Shown: piece by piece, positions 10,186-19,314 of the stretch | Layout: every line of letters starts with the position of its first letter | Position numbering within the stretch: the first letter of the stretch is position 1 | DNA from: an uncultured Acidobacteriota bacterium | Lineage (GTDB): Bacteria; Acidobacteriota; UBA6911 | Assembly (NCBI GenBank): GCA_963809485.1 | Contig: CAWEJX010000009.1 | Span: 89,443-153,442 of the forward strand | DNA length: 64,000 bases | Reading direction: 5' to 3' | Program-made: the position numbers and the translations under genes | The notes under the pieces: generated by a model | The model's input: only the letters and a program-made list of their open reading frames with translations | Told to the model about the DNA's origin: nothing | Database searches by the model: none

Positions 10186-10293
10186 GGGCCTGAGGGATAA
10201 AAGCCGGGTCGGGAATGGGAACATAAAATTGGGTTTGCCAGTTTGGCTATTTTCAATGCAAAATCTATAATGTGCGGCAGTTGAGTGAGGTAT

Positions 10294-11037
10294 ATGAGAA
10301 AAATCATAGAAATTGCAGTACACGAGGTCACGCCGAGCCGCGCCGAGGTCCTGGAAAGCCAGGGAATGGCTGGCCGGGAAAATCTGCCCGCCCGAATCGG
10401 CGCGCTCCTCGATTCGGCCCTGGAATTGTTCGGGCAGCTTGCCGAGCCTCGTGGGCTGCTTCAGGATTGGCCGATTGGGGAGTTTCGGTCGATTTACAAC
10501 GGAAATGGGCTGAATTCGCCGGAAGGCCCGGTTCCGCTCATCGTTCCAAAAGCCGATGGACTGGCTCTTTTTGCAGCGACCCTGGGCGGGGCCCTGATTG
10601 CCAAGAGCAGCGAGCTATTCGCGAAGGGAGGCCCTGCGCTTGGTTTTATGCTGGATGCGGTTAATTCCTCCGGGGCTGAAAGGCTGGGGATGCTCATGGG
10701 GCAGCGTTTTCTTGAGCTTTTGCCTGAAGAGTTGCGCCGGCCCAGGAAACTGAAGGCCCAATACTACTGCCCTGGCCACTGCGGCTGGCACATCTCGGGG
10801 CAGGCGAAGCTGTTCGAGATCCTGCGCCCGGAAGAAATAGGCATCACGCTGAACGCGAGATGGGTCATGCAGCCAACCAAATCAATTTCAGGCATACTTG
10901 CTGTTGGAGACATGGAAATACACAGGTTCAGGCCGAATTACCCTTTCTGCAAAGATTGTAAAGAACACAAATGCATTAAAAGGCTGGCGATCCTGGAGAA
11001 CACCAGTCAGGTACCTCCGGCAAAGCCGGAGGCTTGA
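10294..11037 (+). CDS. Vitamin B12-dependent methionine synthase activation-domain-like protein
   Basis: 'LFAATLG', 'LDAVNSSGAE', 'YCPGHCGWHISGQ', 'IGITLN..VMQPTKSISG', C-terminal CxxCxxxxC; upstream of a homocysteine S-methyltransferase gene. Confidence 0.8.
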   Translation: MRKIIEIAVHEVTPSRAEVLESQGMAGRENLPARIGALLDSALELFGQLAEPRGLLQDWPIGEFRSIYNGNGLNSPEGPVPLIVPKADGLALFAATLGGALIAKSSELFAKGGPALGFMLDAVNSSGAERLGMLMGQRFLELLPEELRRPRKLKAQYYCPGHCGWHISGQAKLFEILRPEEIGITLNARWVMQPTKSISGILAVGDMEIHRFRPNYPFCKDCKEHKCIKRLAILENTSQVPPAKPEA

Positions 11038-11407
11038 AAGATTTGAACCGCTCAAAGCGGTTGGACTAGTTACGCCGGTCTTGAACGCTGACTTACGCGG
11101 GCAAAAGCCGATGAGGCGCTTCCGATCCCCGCAGGGGCCAACGCTCCGCGCTGGACAGTTTTCTGCGGCGGCACTGTGGCAAGCGCCGTGCGGCAAGGAG
11201 ATGAAGGGTATGAGAAACCGGGCGTTTGCCACAGTGCCGCCGCAGAAAACTCCATCGGAAGCGCCTCATCGGCTTTTGCTCGCCGACCCTCGCCGAACAA
11301 ATCGGCGTTTGTCAGCGCTTTTATCAGCGTTTCTCAGCGTTTCAAAATACGGAGCTGTCAAACTCTTTGAGTCCCCCGGCAGAGCCGTGGGTTTACCAAT
11401 GTAATTA
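11005..11407. mobile_element. 403-bp structured non-autonomous IS200/IS605-like element, copy 1
   Basis: Begins AGTCAGG then CCTCCGGC-AAA-GCCGGAGG hairpin; ends CCCCCGGC-AGA-GCCGTGGG hairpin then TTTACCAATGTAATTA; near-identical to copies at 20950, 22733, 32814, 33852 and 42626; no target-site duplication. Confidence 0.85.
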
Positions 11408-11489
11408 GCGGGTTCCTCAAAAAATGAGCCGCAAACCAACACGAATCCTTGCGGGCGTGTTCCTTTGTGGCTGAATCGGACGGGGTCTT

Positions 11490-12389
11490 ATGCAAAACAT
11501 CTTGGAACGTTTGAGCCGGGGCGATGTGATCGTCGGGGACGGTGCGCTCGGCACACAGCTTATGAAGCGCGGCCTGAAACACGGTGATCCCCCGGAATCC
11601 TTCAATCTCACAAAACCTCAGGTCCTCGAGGAAATCGCGTCTCTATACCTGGAAGCCGGGGCGGAAATCGTCACGACCAACACCTTCGGAGCCTCCTCCC
11701 TGAGGCTGAAACAGTTCTCTTTGGAGAAGGATGTCGAAAGGATCAACCAAGGCGCTGTGCATGCCGCGCGCAGAGCAGTCGGTGGCAAAGCTTATGTTTC
11801 CGCTTCGGTAGGCCCTACGGCTCAGATGATCAAGCCTTTCGGCGACACCGAACCCGATACGGTATATTCCAGCTTTCAGCAGCAGGTGCGGGCGCTCCTG
11901 GGCGCGGGTGCGGACATGATCTGCATCGAAACCATGTCGGACCTGACTGAGGCCACGCTGGCGATTCAGGCAGTCCGCTCGATCGATCCAAGAGTTCCGA
12001 TAATGGCGACCATGACCTTCAGCAGGACCGCCCAGGGATTTTTCACATTGATGGGATCCTCGGTCGCGAACGCAGCAGCGGCACTGGAAAAGGCCGGAGC
12101 GAATATTGTCGGTTCCAACTGCGGCGACGGGACGGAGAGTATGGTTGGAATTGCCGGAGAGTTCCGTAAACACTCCCGGCTACCCATAGCCATACAGGGC
12201 AATGCGGGGCTCCCGACAGCTTCGGACACTGGCCTGGTGTACCCTGAAACGCCCGATTTCGTTGCAGGCAAAGCCGTTGAAATGCTGAATCTGGGCGTCC
12301 AGATCATTGGCGGATGTTGCGGTACGGGCCCCGAACACATTCGTGCCATACGTAAGGTTGTGGATAATCAGCGGCAGGCAGCGCCTTGA
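11490..12389 (+). CDS. Homocysteine S-methyltransferase family protein
   Basis: DGALGTQL, 'YLEAGAEIVTTNTFG', 'IETMSD', GSNC, NAGLP, IIGGCCGTGPEHI zinc-binding motifs. Confidence 0.93.
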   Translation: MQNILERLSRGDVIVGDGALGTQLMKRGLKHGDPPESFNLTKPQVLEEIASLYLEAGAEIVTTNTFGASSLRLKQFSLEKDVERINQGAVHAARRAVGGKAYVSASVGPTAQMIKPFGDTEPDTVYSSFQQQVRALLGAGADMICIETMSDLTEATLAIQAVRSIDPRVPIMATMTFSRTAQGFFTLMGSSVANAAAALEKAGANIVGSNCGDGTESMVGIAGEFRKHSRLPIAIQGNAGLPTASDTGLVYPETPDFVAGKAVEMLNLGVQIIGGCCGTGPEHIRAIRKVVDNQRQAAP

Positions 12390-12435
12390 TTGCCGTTTCG
12401 AGGAAACAGCTTTCTGCCCGTCAACCCGCCATTCG

Positions 12436-12645
12436 TCAATCGACGGCAATCATCACATTGGAAGCCTTGATCACCGCATAGGCTTCTTTGCCTGGAGCCA
12501 ACTGCAGCTTTTCCGCGGATTCTTTTGTGATAATGGAGACAATTTCCACACCCTTCATCACTTCCAAAACCACTTCCGAATTGACGGCGCCTGGTTTGAC
12601 CTGCTTGACGGTTCCCTTTAGAACATTTCGGGCACTCAGCCTCAT
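12436..12645 (-). CDS. Molybdenum-pterin binding TOBE-domain protein (Mop)
   Basis: MRLSARNVLKGTV ... IVSIITKESAEKLQL ... AVIKASNVMI, the typical 69-aa Mop signature; GGAGG RBS. Confidence 0.92.
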   Translation of the reverse strand: MRLSARNVLKGTVKQVKPGAVNSEVVLEVMKGVEIVSIITKESAEKLQLAPGKEAYAVIKASNVMIAVD

Positions 12646-12737
12646 ACTCTGCCTCCTTGGATAGCAAATTATACCATACCGGCTTCGTCACCCTCGACGA
12701 TCGTGATAGCATGGACGGCCGGAAAGGAAGGCGAAAA

Positions 12738-13385
12738 ATGGGATCCGGCTTCTTGGGGGAATTCCGCCGGGATCGGGTGGTGGCATCGCGGATCCGGGGC
12801 ACTGCAGATGATGATGGATTGCCCGAACTCTCGGACTGGAAGAGCGCTGCACCCGTCTGCTTTTGCTCCGATTGGCGGGACGAGAATCAGGATCCGCAGC
12901 GCGAAACCGAGGCCCGCCTTTTATGGTCCGCCGATCGGCTGTTCATACGCTTCCGGTGCCGCTACCGGGAAATATTTGATTACGATGAGCATAACCAGCG
13001 GCGCGACCGGCTCTGGCTCCGGGACGTGGCCGAGGTGTTTATACGCCCGTGCGGCGATGAACTCCGGCACTACAAAGAATTCGAAATAAGCCCGCATGGA
13101 AATTTTCTGGATTTGAAAATAGCCGCGGGAACCAAATCCATACTATCCTGCGACCTTAAGAGCAGGGTTGTTTTGGACCCTGCCGCCCGCGTCTGGATTG
13201 CAGAAATGGGTATACCCATGACCTGCCTCACCGCTCGCTTCAATCCTTTGGAAACCTGGCACATCAATCTTTTCCGCATCGAGGGAAAAGAGCCGTACCG
13301 TTTTTATTCCGCGTGGCGATCGACGATGACGCCTCAACCGAACTTCCATGTCCCGGAGTTGTTCGGGGAACTGCATTTTTCCTGA
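12738..13385 (+). CDS. Carbohydrate-binding family 9-like (DOMON-like) protein
   Basis: 'LW.RDVAEVFI', 'YKEFEISPHG', 'W.AEMGIP', 'INLFRIEG', 'AW..T..PNFHVPELFG'. Confidence 0.75.
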   Translation: MGSGFLGEFRRDRVVASRIRGTADDDGLPELSDWKSAAPVCFCSDWRDENQDPQRETEARLLWSADRLFIRFRCRYREIFDYDEHNQRRDRLWLRDVAEVFIRPCGDELRHYKEFEISPHGNFLDLKIAAGTKSILSCDLKSRVVLDPAARVWIAEMGIPMTCLTARFNPLETWHINLFRIEGKEPYRFYSAWRSTMTPQPNFHVPELFGELHFS

Positions 13386-13399
13386 AATCAGCGGGTTTC

Positions 13400-13443
13400 A
13401 GTAAGTATCCCCCGGCAGAGCCGTGGGATCTCCCAACGGATTA
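13400..13443. repeat. Single-hairpin 44-bp relative of the IS200-like element ends (REP-like)
   Basis: AGTAAGTATCCCCCGGCAGAGCCGTGGGATCTCCCAACGGATTA: left flank resembles the element's left terminus and right flank its right terminus. Confidence 0.55.
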
Positions 13444-13735
13444 TTTGTCACTCTTGCCTATCGGGAGCGGCGCCCGGCGGAACGGACTCCCCGCCCTCGC
13501 TCCAAATACTTCATTTAAAAGTGTCGTAGATCACATCCGCACCCCCTGAAAGCCATAATCAAAAAACCCTCAAAAGCCGAATAGTTCTCCATGTCCCATA
13601 AAGAAATCTGGCTATGTTATGGGGCAAAGTAACAAATTCACGATATTGGTCTGCTTTTTCGTATTCACAGCAGAGCATCCGGTTGAAGCGCATTCTCTGC
13701 TCCAAAAATCGCGGCAGAGATAACGAGGCACGTCC

Positions 13736-15901
13736 ATGATCCTGGGTCCCGACTCGCTGCTGGTGGTGGACAATGATGATGCAAACCGTGATCATACGGT
13801 CCAGTGTTTACTGAAATGCGGAATTGACGCAAAAGCGGCCGCCAATGCCGGAGAGGCATTAGCATGGATCGATTCCCGACGGATCGATCTGGTGCTCCTC
13901 AGCCTCTCAACGCCCGGCATGAAGGGGATAGACGTCCTCTCAATCCTCCGCAAAACACATACGCCCGAAAAACTCCCCGTCCTGCTGATCATGGACAAGG
14001 CCGGAGCCGAAGAGGAGGCTGCGGTGCTGGCGGCGGGCGCAAACGATTTCATTCCCAGGCCCGTCGTCTTCCCCGTAATGCTTGCCCGCGTGCATGCGCA
14101 TCTGTCGCGCAAGCGCGCCGAGGATGCGCTGCGTGATAGTACCGAACGCTATTCCCTGGCGGCCCGCGTCGCCAACGACGGCCTCTGGGACTGGGACCTC
14201 GTCACGGATAAGATCTATTATTCCACCCGATGGAAGCTGATGCTCGGCTGGGAAGAACATGAAATCAGCACGGATCCCGACGAGTGGTTCCGGCGCATCC
14301 ATCCCGATGATGTCGACCGGGTCCGGGCGGATATCACGTCGCATCTCGAGGAGCAAACACCCATTTTTGAAAACGAATACCGGGTGCTTCACAGGGATGG
14401 GAATTACCTCTGGATGCTCTGCCGTGGGCTTGCCGTCCGAAGCTCCGAGGGGAAACCTTTGAGGATGGCCGGATCTCAGACAGATATTACACGGGGAAAA
14501 GTGGTGGACATCCTGACTGGGTTGCCCAACCGCGTCCTCTTTATGGACAGGCTGGGCCGCTCTTTTGAGCGGGCCAAGAGACAGAAGGATAAAACCCTTG
14601 CCGTGATCTTCCTGGACCTGGACAGCTTCAAACTGATCAACGACAACCACGGACACCTTATGGGCGATCAGCTGCTTGTCGCTATTGCGGGCCGGCTCGA
14701 AGCGACGGTGAGATCCAGCGACAGTGTCGTCCGGTTCGGGCGCAACCACACAATCGCGCGGCTCGGCGGGGACGAATTTACCATACTGCTGGAGGATATC
14801 TGGAACGCACAGGACGCGACACAGGTTGCGGAACGCCTTGCCAAAGAACTGTCGATACCGTTTGTTGTCGGCGGCCAGGAACTGTTCCCCACCGCCAGTA
14901 TGGGTGTTGCCCTATACAGCCCTTCCTACAGCACTCCGGACGAAATGCTGCGCGATGCGGACACGGCCATGTACAGCGCCAAGGCTCTCGGCAAAGGGCG
15001 TTACGAAGTTTTCGACGCGGGCATGCGCGCTCACACCATAGCCCGCCAACAGCTGGTCACAGAACTTCGGCGAGCGCTGGAACATAAGGAGTTCGAGCTT
15101 CATTATCAATCGCTGGTATCGCTGGAAACAGGCAGGATCTGGGGGGTTGAAGCATTGGTCCGGTGGCGCCATGCCACCCGGGGGCTCGTTTCGCCCAAAG
15201 AATTCATACCCGTCGCGGAAGAGAGCGGACTCATAGTCGGGCTTGGCCAGTGGGTCCTCGAAACGGCTTGCCAGCAGATGCGCACCTGGCAGTCGCGTTT
15301 CCCAGACGATCCGCCGCTGTTCATCAGCGTCAACCTCTCCGCCAGGCAGTTGCTTCAGACCGACCTTGTTCAACAATGCCGCGCAGTTCTTGAAGAAACC
15401 CAACTGATGCGCAACAGCCTCAGCCTGGAGTTCACCGAAAGCGCGATGATGCCGGATCCGGAATCCGCAATCAAATTGATGTGCCAGCTCAAAACTCTGG
15501 GCATCAAGATCGCCCTTGATGATTTCGGTACCGGCTATTCATCGCTCGGCTACCTGCATCGCTTCCCGATCGACAGCCTCAAGATCGACTGTTCATTCGT
15601 ATCCCGGATGATGAAGGATGACGAAACCGTCCGCACCATTATCAGCCTGGGACAAAATCTGGGATTGAGGGTGATCGCCGAGGGAGTTGAAACGGCTGAT
15701 CAGGCCGCAAAGCTGCGGGAACTGGGATGCGAGCTCGCTCAAGGCTATTACTTCTCGGTACCGGTCAGCGCCCAGGAAGCCACGGATATGCTGGCCGCCA
15801 ATCGCCATTGGGCCACATCCATCAAATCCGCAAAATTCATGCGCGGTGACCGCCGGCAGGGAACCGTCATCGCGCCGCGCCGCTATGTCCGCTCCGGCTG
15901 A
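13736..15901 (+). CDS. REC-PAS-GGDEF-EAL cyclic-di-GMP signalling protein
   Basis: Receiver-like N-terminus, PAS ('GLWDWD','IHPDD'), 'ARLGGDEF', 'VEALVRW', 'LDDFGTGYSSL', 'IAEGVET'. Confidence 0.95.
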   Translation: MILGPDSLLVVDNDDANRDHTVQCLLKCGIDAKAAANAGEALAWIDSRRIDLVLLSLSTPGMKGIDVLSILRKTHTPEKLPVLLIMDKAGAEEEAAVLAAGANDFIPRPVVFPVMLARVHAHLSRKRAEDALRDSTERYSLAARVANDGLWDWDLVTDKIYYSTRWKLMLGWEEHEISTDPDEWFRRIHPDDVDRVRADITSHLEEQTPIFENEYRVLHRDGNYLWMLCRGLAVRSSEGKPLRMAGSQTDITRGKVVDILTGLPNRVLFMDRLGRSFERAKRQKDKTLAVIFLDLDSFKLINDNHGHLMGDQLLVAIAGRLEATVRSSDSVVRFGRNHTIARLGGDEFTILLEDIWNAQDATQVAERLAKELSIPFVVGGQELFPTASMGVALYSPSYSTPDEMLRDADTAMYSAKALGKGRYEVFDAGMRAHTIARQQLVTELRRALEHKEFELHYQSLVSLETGRIWGVEALVRWRHATRGLVSPKEFIPVAEESGLIVGLGQWVLETACQQMRTWQSRFPDDPPLFISVNLSARQLLQTDLVQQCRAVLEETQLMRNSLSLEFTESAMMPDPESAIKLMCQLKTLGIKIALDDFGTGYSSLGYLHRFPIDSLKIDCSFVSRMMKDDETVRTIISLGQNLGLRVIAEGVETADQAAKLRELGCELAQGYYFSVPVSAQEATDMLAANRHWATSIKSAKFMRGDRRQGTVIAPRRYVRSG

Positions 15902-15927
15902 CCCTATCTACCGGAGATTCGGCAGAC

Positions 15928-17592
15928 CTACCATGGCAGACTGCGCTCTTTAGGATCAGGGCAATAGTCCCGCTCCCTGTAGAAGAAAGCATCAAAATCA
16001 GCCGGGCGGCCGCTCCCCGTCATGTCCTGGCAGCACATTCCGATAAAGGATCCCGTAAAATTCGGATTTCCGGGAGGCCCGGCTTCATCGGAAAGAATGC
16101 TGGCGTCGAGGGGTCCGGTAAGCCAATTCCATTCCGCGTTTCGGACACGATAAGCAAAATAGAGACGTTCCTTGTCGACCTCAACCCTGAGTGAGACCGG
16201 GGAACCGGCCGGGATAGGAACCGGAGGCGTGAAAACGTCCGATTGAGGCTGATCGGGAAGACAGGACATGATCCTGATATGCTTGCCCAATTCCGCGTCA
16301 TGGGAAATGAACAGGTAATGAAATTTGCTCTCGTTATAGTAGCAGACCAGGCCCGCCGTCTGCTGAAAACACTCCGGCTCGAATTCCATGACGGCGCCGG
16401 CGCTGAAACAGTGAGCCTGCTGTCTGCGTGCCACGAGGGCTTGCCGGAACAGGCTGCCCAGCGATTCACAGCCATACAGGCGCAGGTAGCCGGGCCTTTC
16501 CGTAAGGCTGAAAAGCTCTCCGGGCCAGGGGGACCGCAGCCACTGAAAACTCAGGGGCAGCTTCGGATCGTCGAAGCTTTCATATGCAGGTTCCTCCGGG
16601 AAAACGTGAGGATTCAGCGCGGGAGCATCGACCTCAACGTATGGGACCCCCTCTCCGTCAAAGGTGCGCAGCCAGCCGTCTGCAGACCATTTCATGCGCT
16701 GGATGGCTGTTTCACGGCCCAGCGTACAGCGTCCCCGGTTGCGAAGAGGCCTGCCGCAGAGGTGCACCATGTAGGTTTCCCCGGTTTGTGTCTCGACAAT
16801 ATCGGCGTGCCCGGCGCGCTGCAGTCTCATATCGGGACGATCCCGGGAGGTTAAAATATGGACATCGGGGTGGAGTTCGTAAGGCCCGAACAGATGGCGG
16901 GCCCTTGCCAGAGTGACGGCATGCCCCCATCCCGTCCCTCCCTCCGCCGTGATCAGATAGTAATATCCGTTGCGCTTGTAGAGGTGCGGCCCTTCGGTGA
17001 ATCCCAGCTCCGTTCCCTTGAAGATGATGGCCGTGCGGCCGATAAGACGGCATATTTCAGGGGAATATTCCTGCAGCGCAATCCCGGCGAAACGATTGTT
17101 CCCCGGGCGATAATCCCAAACCATATTCAGGAGGTATTTCCTGCCGTCTTCATCGTGGAACAGCGAAGGATCAAAACCGATGCTGTTGAGGAATACCGGG
17201 TCGGACCATTCTCCCTCAATCGATGGGCTGGTGACGAGATAATTGTGAAAATCCCTGAGTGAGACTCCGGCACTCCCTCCCTGCGTCGTCCGGCCATACC
17301 GCTTTACATCGGTGTAAACAAGAAAATAGAGGCCGCCAGCGTAACTGAGACAGGGGGCCCAGATTCCGCACGAATCGGGATTGCCCAGCATGTTGAGCTG
17401 GCTCGCCCGGTTCAGCGGGCGGGTCAACAGGCGCCAGTGAATCAGGTCCCGGGAATGATGGATCTGCACCCCCGGGTACCATTCGAAGGTCGAGGTGGCG
17501 ATGTAATAATCGTCCCCGACCCTCACGATTGAAGGATCGGGATTGAATCCCCTTAAAATCGGATTTTGGATTTTTGCATCACTCCCCGACAT
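15928..17592 (-). CDS. Glycoside hydrolase family 43 beta-xylosidase / arabinofuranosidase
   Basis: NPILRGFNPDPSI, ATSTFEWYPG, WAPC, GFDPSLFHD, TEGPHLYK, AEGGTG, GHAD, LGRET. Confidence 0.93.
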   Translation of the reverse strand: MSGSDAKIQNPILRGFNPDPSIVRVGDDYYIATSTFEWYPGVQIHHSRDLIHWRLLTRPLNRASQLNMLGNPDSCGIWAPCLSYAGGLYFLVYTDVKRYGRTTQGGSAGVSLRDFHNYLVTSPSIEGEWSDPVFLNSIGFDPSLFHDEDGRKYLLNMVWDYRPGNNRFAGIALQEYSPEICRLIGRTAIIFKGTELGFTEGPHLYKRNGYYYLITAEGGTGWGHAVTLARARHLFGPYELHPDVHILTSRDRPDMRLQRAGHADIVETQTGETYMVHLCGRPLRNRGRCTLGRETAIQRMKWSADGWLRTFDGEGVPYVEVDAPALNPHVFPEEPAYESFDDPKLPLSFQWLRSPWPGELFSLTERPGYLRLYGCESLGSLFRQALVARRQQAHCFSAGAVMEFEPECFQQTAGLVCYYNESKFHYLFISHDAELGKHIRIMSCLPDQPQSDVFTPPVPIPAGSPVSLRVEVDKERLYFAYRVRNAEWNWLTGPLDASILSDEAGPPGNPNFTGSFIGMCCQDMTGSGRPADFDAFFYRERDYCPDPKERSLPW

Positions 17593-17626
17593 ACACACCT
17601 CCGAGCAACCACGGAAGGAGGCTCAA

Positions 17627-18376
17627 TCAATAGGCCGTCAGACCCCCGTCTACCGGTATGGCGGCGCCGTTGATGAAGGCTGCCTGATCGCTGGCCAGAA
17701 AAACGAACACATTCGCCACCTCGGCAGCTGTCGCAAGCCTGCCCAGCGGAACCTCCTGGAAGCGCTCGGCGCGCCGCTCGGGATCCGTCAGCACTGCCTT
17801 CAGCATCGGGGTATCCACGGTACTGGGATGGACGGAGACGCAGCGTATGTTTTCTTTGCCGTAGCGCGCAGCCACGGACTTGGTGAGCAGCGTCAAGGCT
17901 CCTTTTGTCGTGGTGTAGGCTTCGTTGGTGTACTTGTGACCGACAATGCCGCAGATAGAGGACATGTTGAGAATTATTCCGCCGCCCGCCGCCCGCATAA
18001 TCGGCAGGGCATGCTTGATGCCCAGAAAAGGGCCTTTGACATTGACGGCAAGCATGGAGTCAAGTCCGTCCTCCGGCATCTCCTCGATATTTTTCCGGAT
18101 GTTGATGCCCGCATTATTCACCAGAATATCGAGCCGGAGTTTCGCGGCAAGGATAGAGGCGAACGCGGCTTTCCAGCTCTCCTCGGATGTGACATCGAGC
18201 CGAAGAAACACGGAGCCTTTAAGCTCAGCGGCGGTTTTTTCCCCGGCTTCCACGTTGATATCCCCAAGAAAAACCGAAGCGCCTTCCTCGTGGAACCTGC
18301 GTGCAATCTCCGCTCCCAGTCCCTGGGCTGCTCCGGAAATCAAAGCAATCTTGTCGGGCAAACGCATGATCGGCAC
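17627..18376 (-). CDS. Short-chain dehydrogenase/reductase
   Basis: SGAAQGLG, LVNNAG, YTTTK (YxxxK), VDGG. Confidence 0.92.
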   Translation of the reverse strand: MPIMRLPDKIALISGAAQGLGAEIARRFHEEGASVFLGDINVEAGEKTAAELKGSVFLRLDVTSEESWKAAFASILAAKLRLDILVNNAGINIRKNIEEMPEDGLDSMLAVNVKGPFLGIKHALPIMRAAGGGIILNMSSICGIVGHKYTNEAYTTTKGALTLLTKSVAARYGKENIRCVSVHPSTVDTPMLKAVLTDPERRAERFQEVPLGRLATAAEVANVFVFLASDQAAFINGAAIPVDGGLTAY

Positions 18377-18381
18377 TCCTG

Positions 18382-19314
18382 CTATTTTGCGGCCTGACGG
18401 ACGGCGGCAGCGATGTGCGCCGGGGTCAGGCCATAGGCTTGAAGCAAATCCTCATAGCTGTGGGCGGATTGACCGAAACGGTCGTTGATCCCTATGGCCC
18501 TCACCGGCACGACACGGCCTTGCAGGGCTTCGCGGATCAGCGAGGCCAGGCCCCCTATGAGCGTATGCTCTTCGGCGCAAACGACACCCTTCATACCGTC
18601 CGCCAGCGCTGCGAGGGCAGCCATGTCCACCGGCTTCATCGAGCTGACGTTGACGACCCGTGTGGAAATTGCCGCATCCGAAAGGATCCCGGCTGCCTCG
18701 AGGGCAAGGCTGACCATCTGGCCGTTGGCAAAAACCACGGCATCGCTTCCCTGCCGGATCAGATATGGCTTGCCGGCCACAAAAGGCTCATCCGCGGGCA
18801 TCACGTCCGGGACATCGTTCCTGGTAATGCGCATATAGACCGGTCCTGTATACTCTATCAGCGCCCGGGTCATCGAGCGGGTTTCATTGCCGTCGGCCGG
18901 CACCAGGACAGTCATGTTGGGGATTGCCCGCATTATGGCGACATCCTCGACGGATTGATGCGTTGAGCCGTCGCCGAAATCGCTCAATCCGCAGCTCGAA
19001 CCGACAATCCTGACATTGAGTCCGGGTATGCAAATGCCCTGGCGGATTTGATCGAAGGCGCGGCCTGCGGCGAACACTGCAAAAGAATTGGTAAAGGGGA
19101 TCTTTCCGGTCAGCGCCAGGCCGGCGGCGAATGAGGTCATGTTGGCCTCGGCGATGCCCATTTCAAAGAATCGTTCAGGGAAAGCCTGCTCGAAATAGCA
19201 GGACATCGTGGATTTGCCCAGGTCTGCCTCAAGGACCACGACATCACGATTTTCGCTGCCCAACTCAACCAGGGTTCTGCCATAAACTTCCCGCGGATTC
19301 TGAATTCTCATCAA
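18382..19314 (-). CDS. Transketolase, C-terminal (pyrimidine-binding) subunit
   Basis: MGIAEANM, DGSTHQSVED, GPVYMR, EEHTLIGGL. Confidence 0.93.
   Translation of the reverse strand: MMRIQNPREVYGRTLVELGSENRDVVVLEADLGKSTMSCYFEQAFPERFFEMGIAEANMTSFAAGLALTGKIPFTNSFAVFAAGRAFDQIRQGICIPGLNVRIVGSSCGLSDFGDGSTHQSVEDVAIMRAIPNMTVLVPADGNETRSMTRALIEYTGPVYMRITRNDVPDVMPADEPFVAGKPYLIRQGSDAVVFANGQMVSLALEAAGILSDAAISTRVVNVSSMKPVDMAALAALADGMKGVVCAEEHTLIGGLASLIREALQGRVVPVRAIGINDRFGQSAHSYEDLLQAYGLTPAHIAAAVRQAAK

Noticed and set aside
11101-11279. Possible hammerhead ribozyme (CCGATGAG ... GAAA) in the element core
   Set aside because: The core would need CUGAUGA, and here the segment is locked in a perfect 26-bp stem. 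The stem arrangement does not fit a hammerhead.
11070-11408. Recurring 60-170 aa ORFs on both strands of each repeat copy (e.g. MFGEGRRAKADEA..., MANARFLI..., MASAVRQG...)
   Set aside because: They recur only because the DNA repeat recurs. Their starts and ends vary with flanking sequence, there is no RBS or recognisable motif, and palindromic GC-rich DNA is naturally poor in stop codons.
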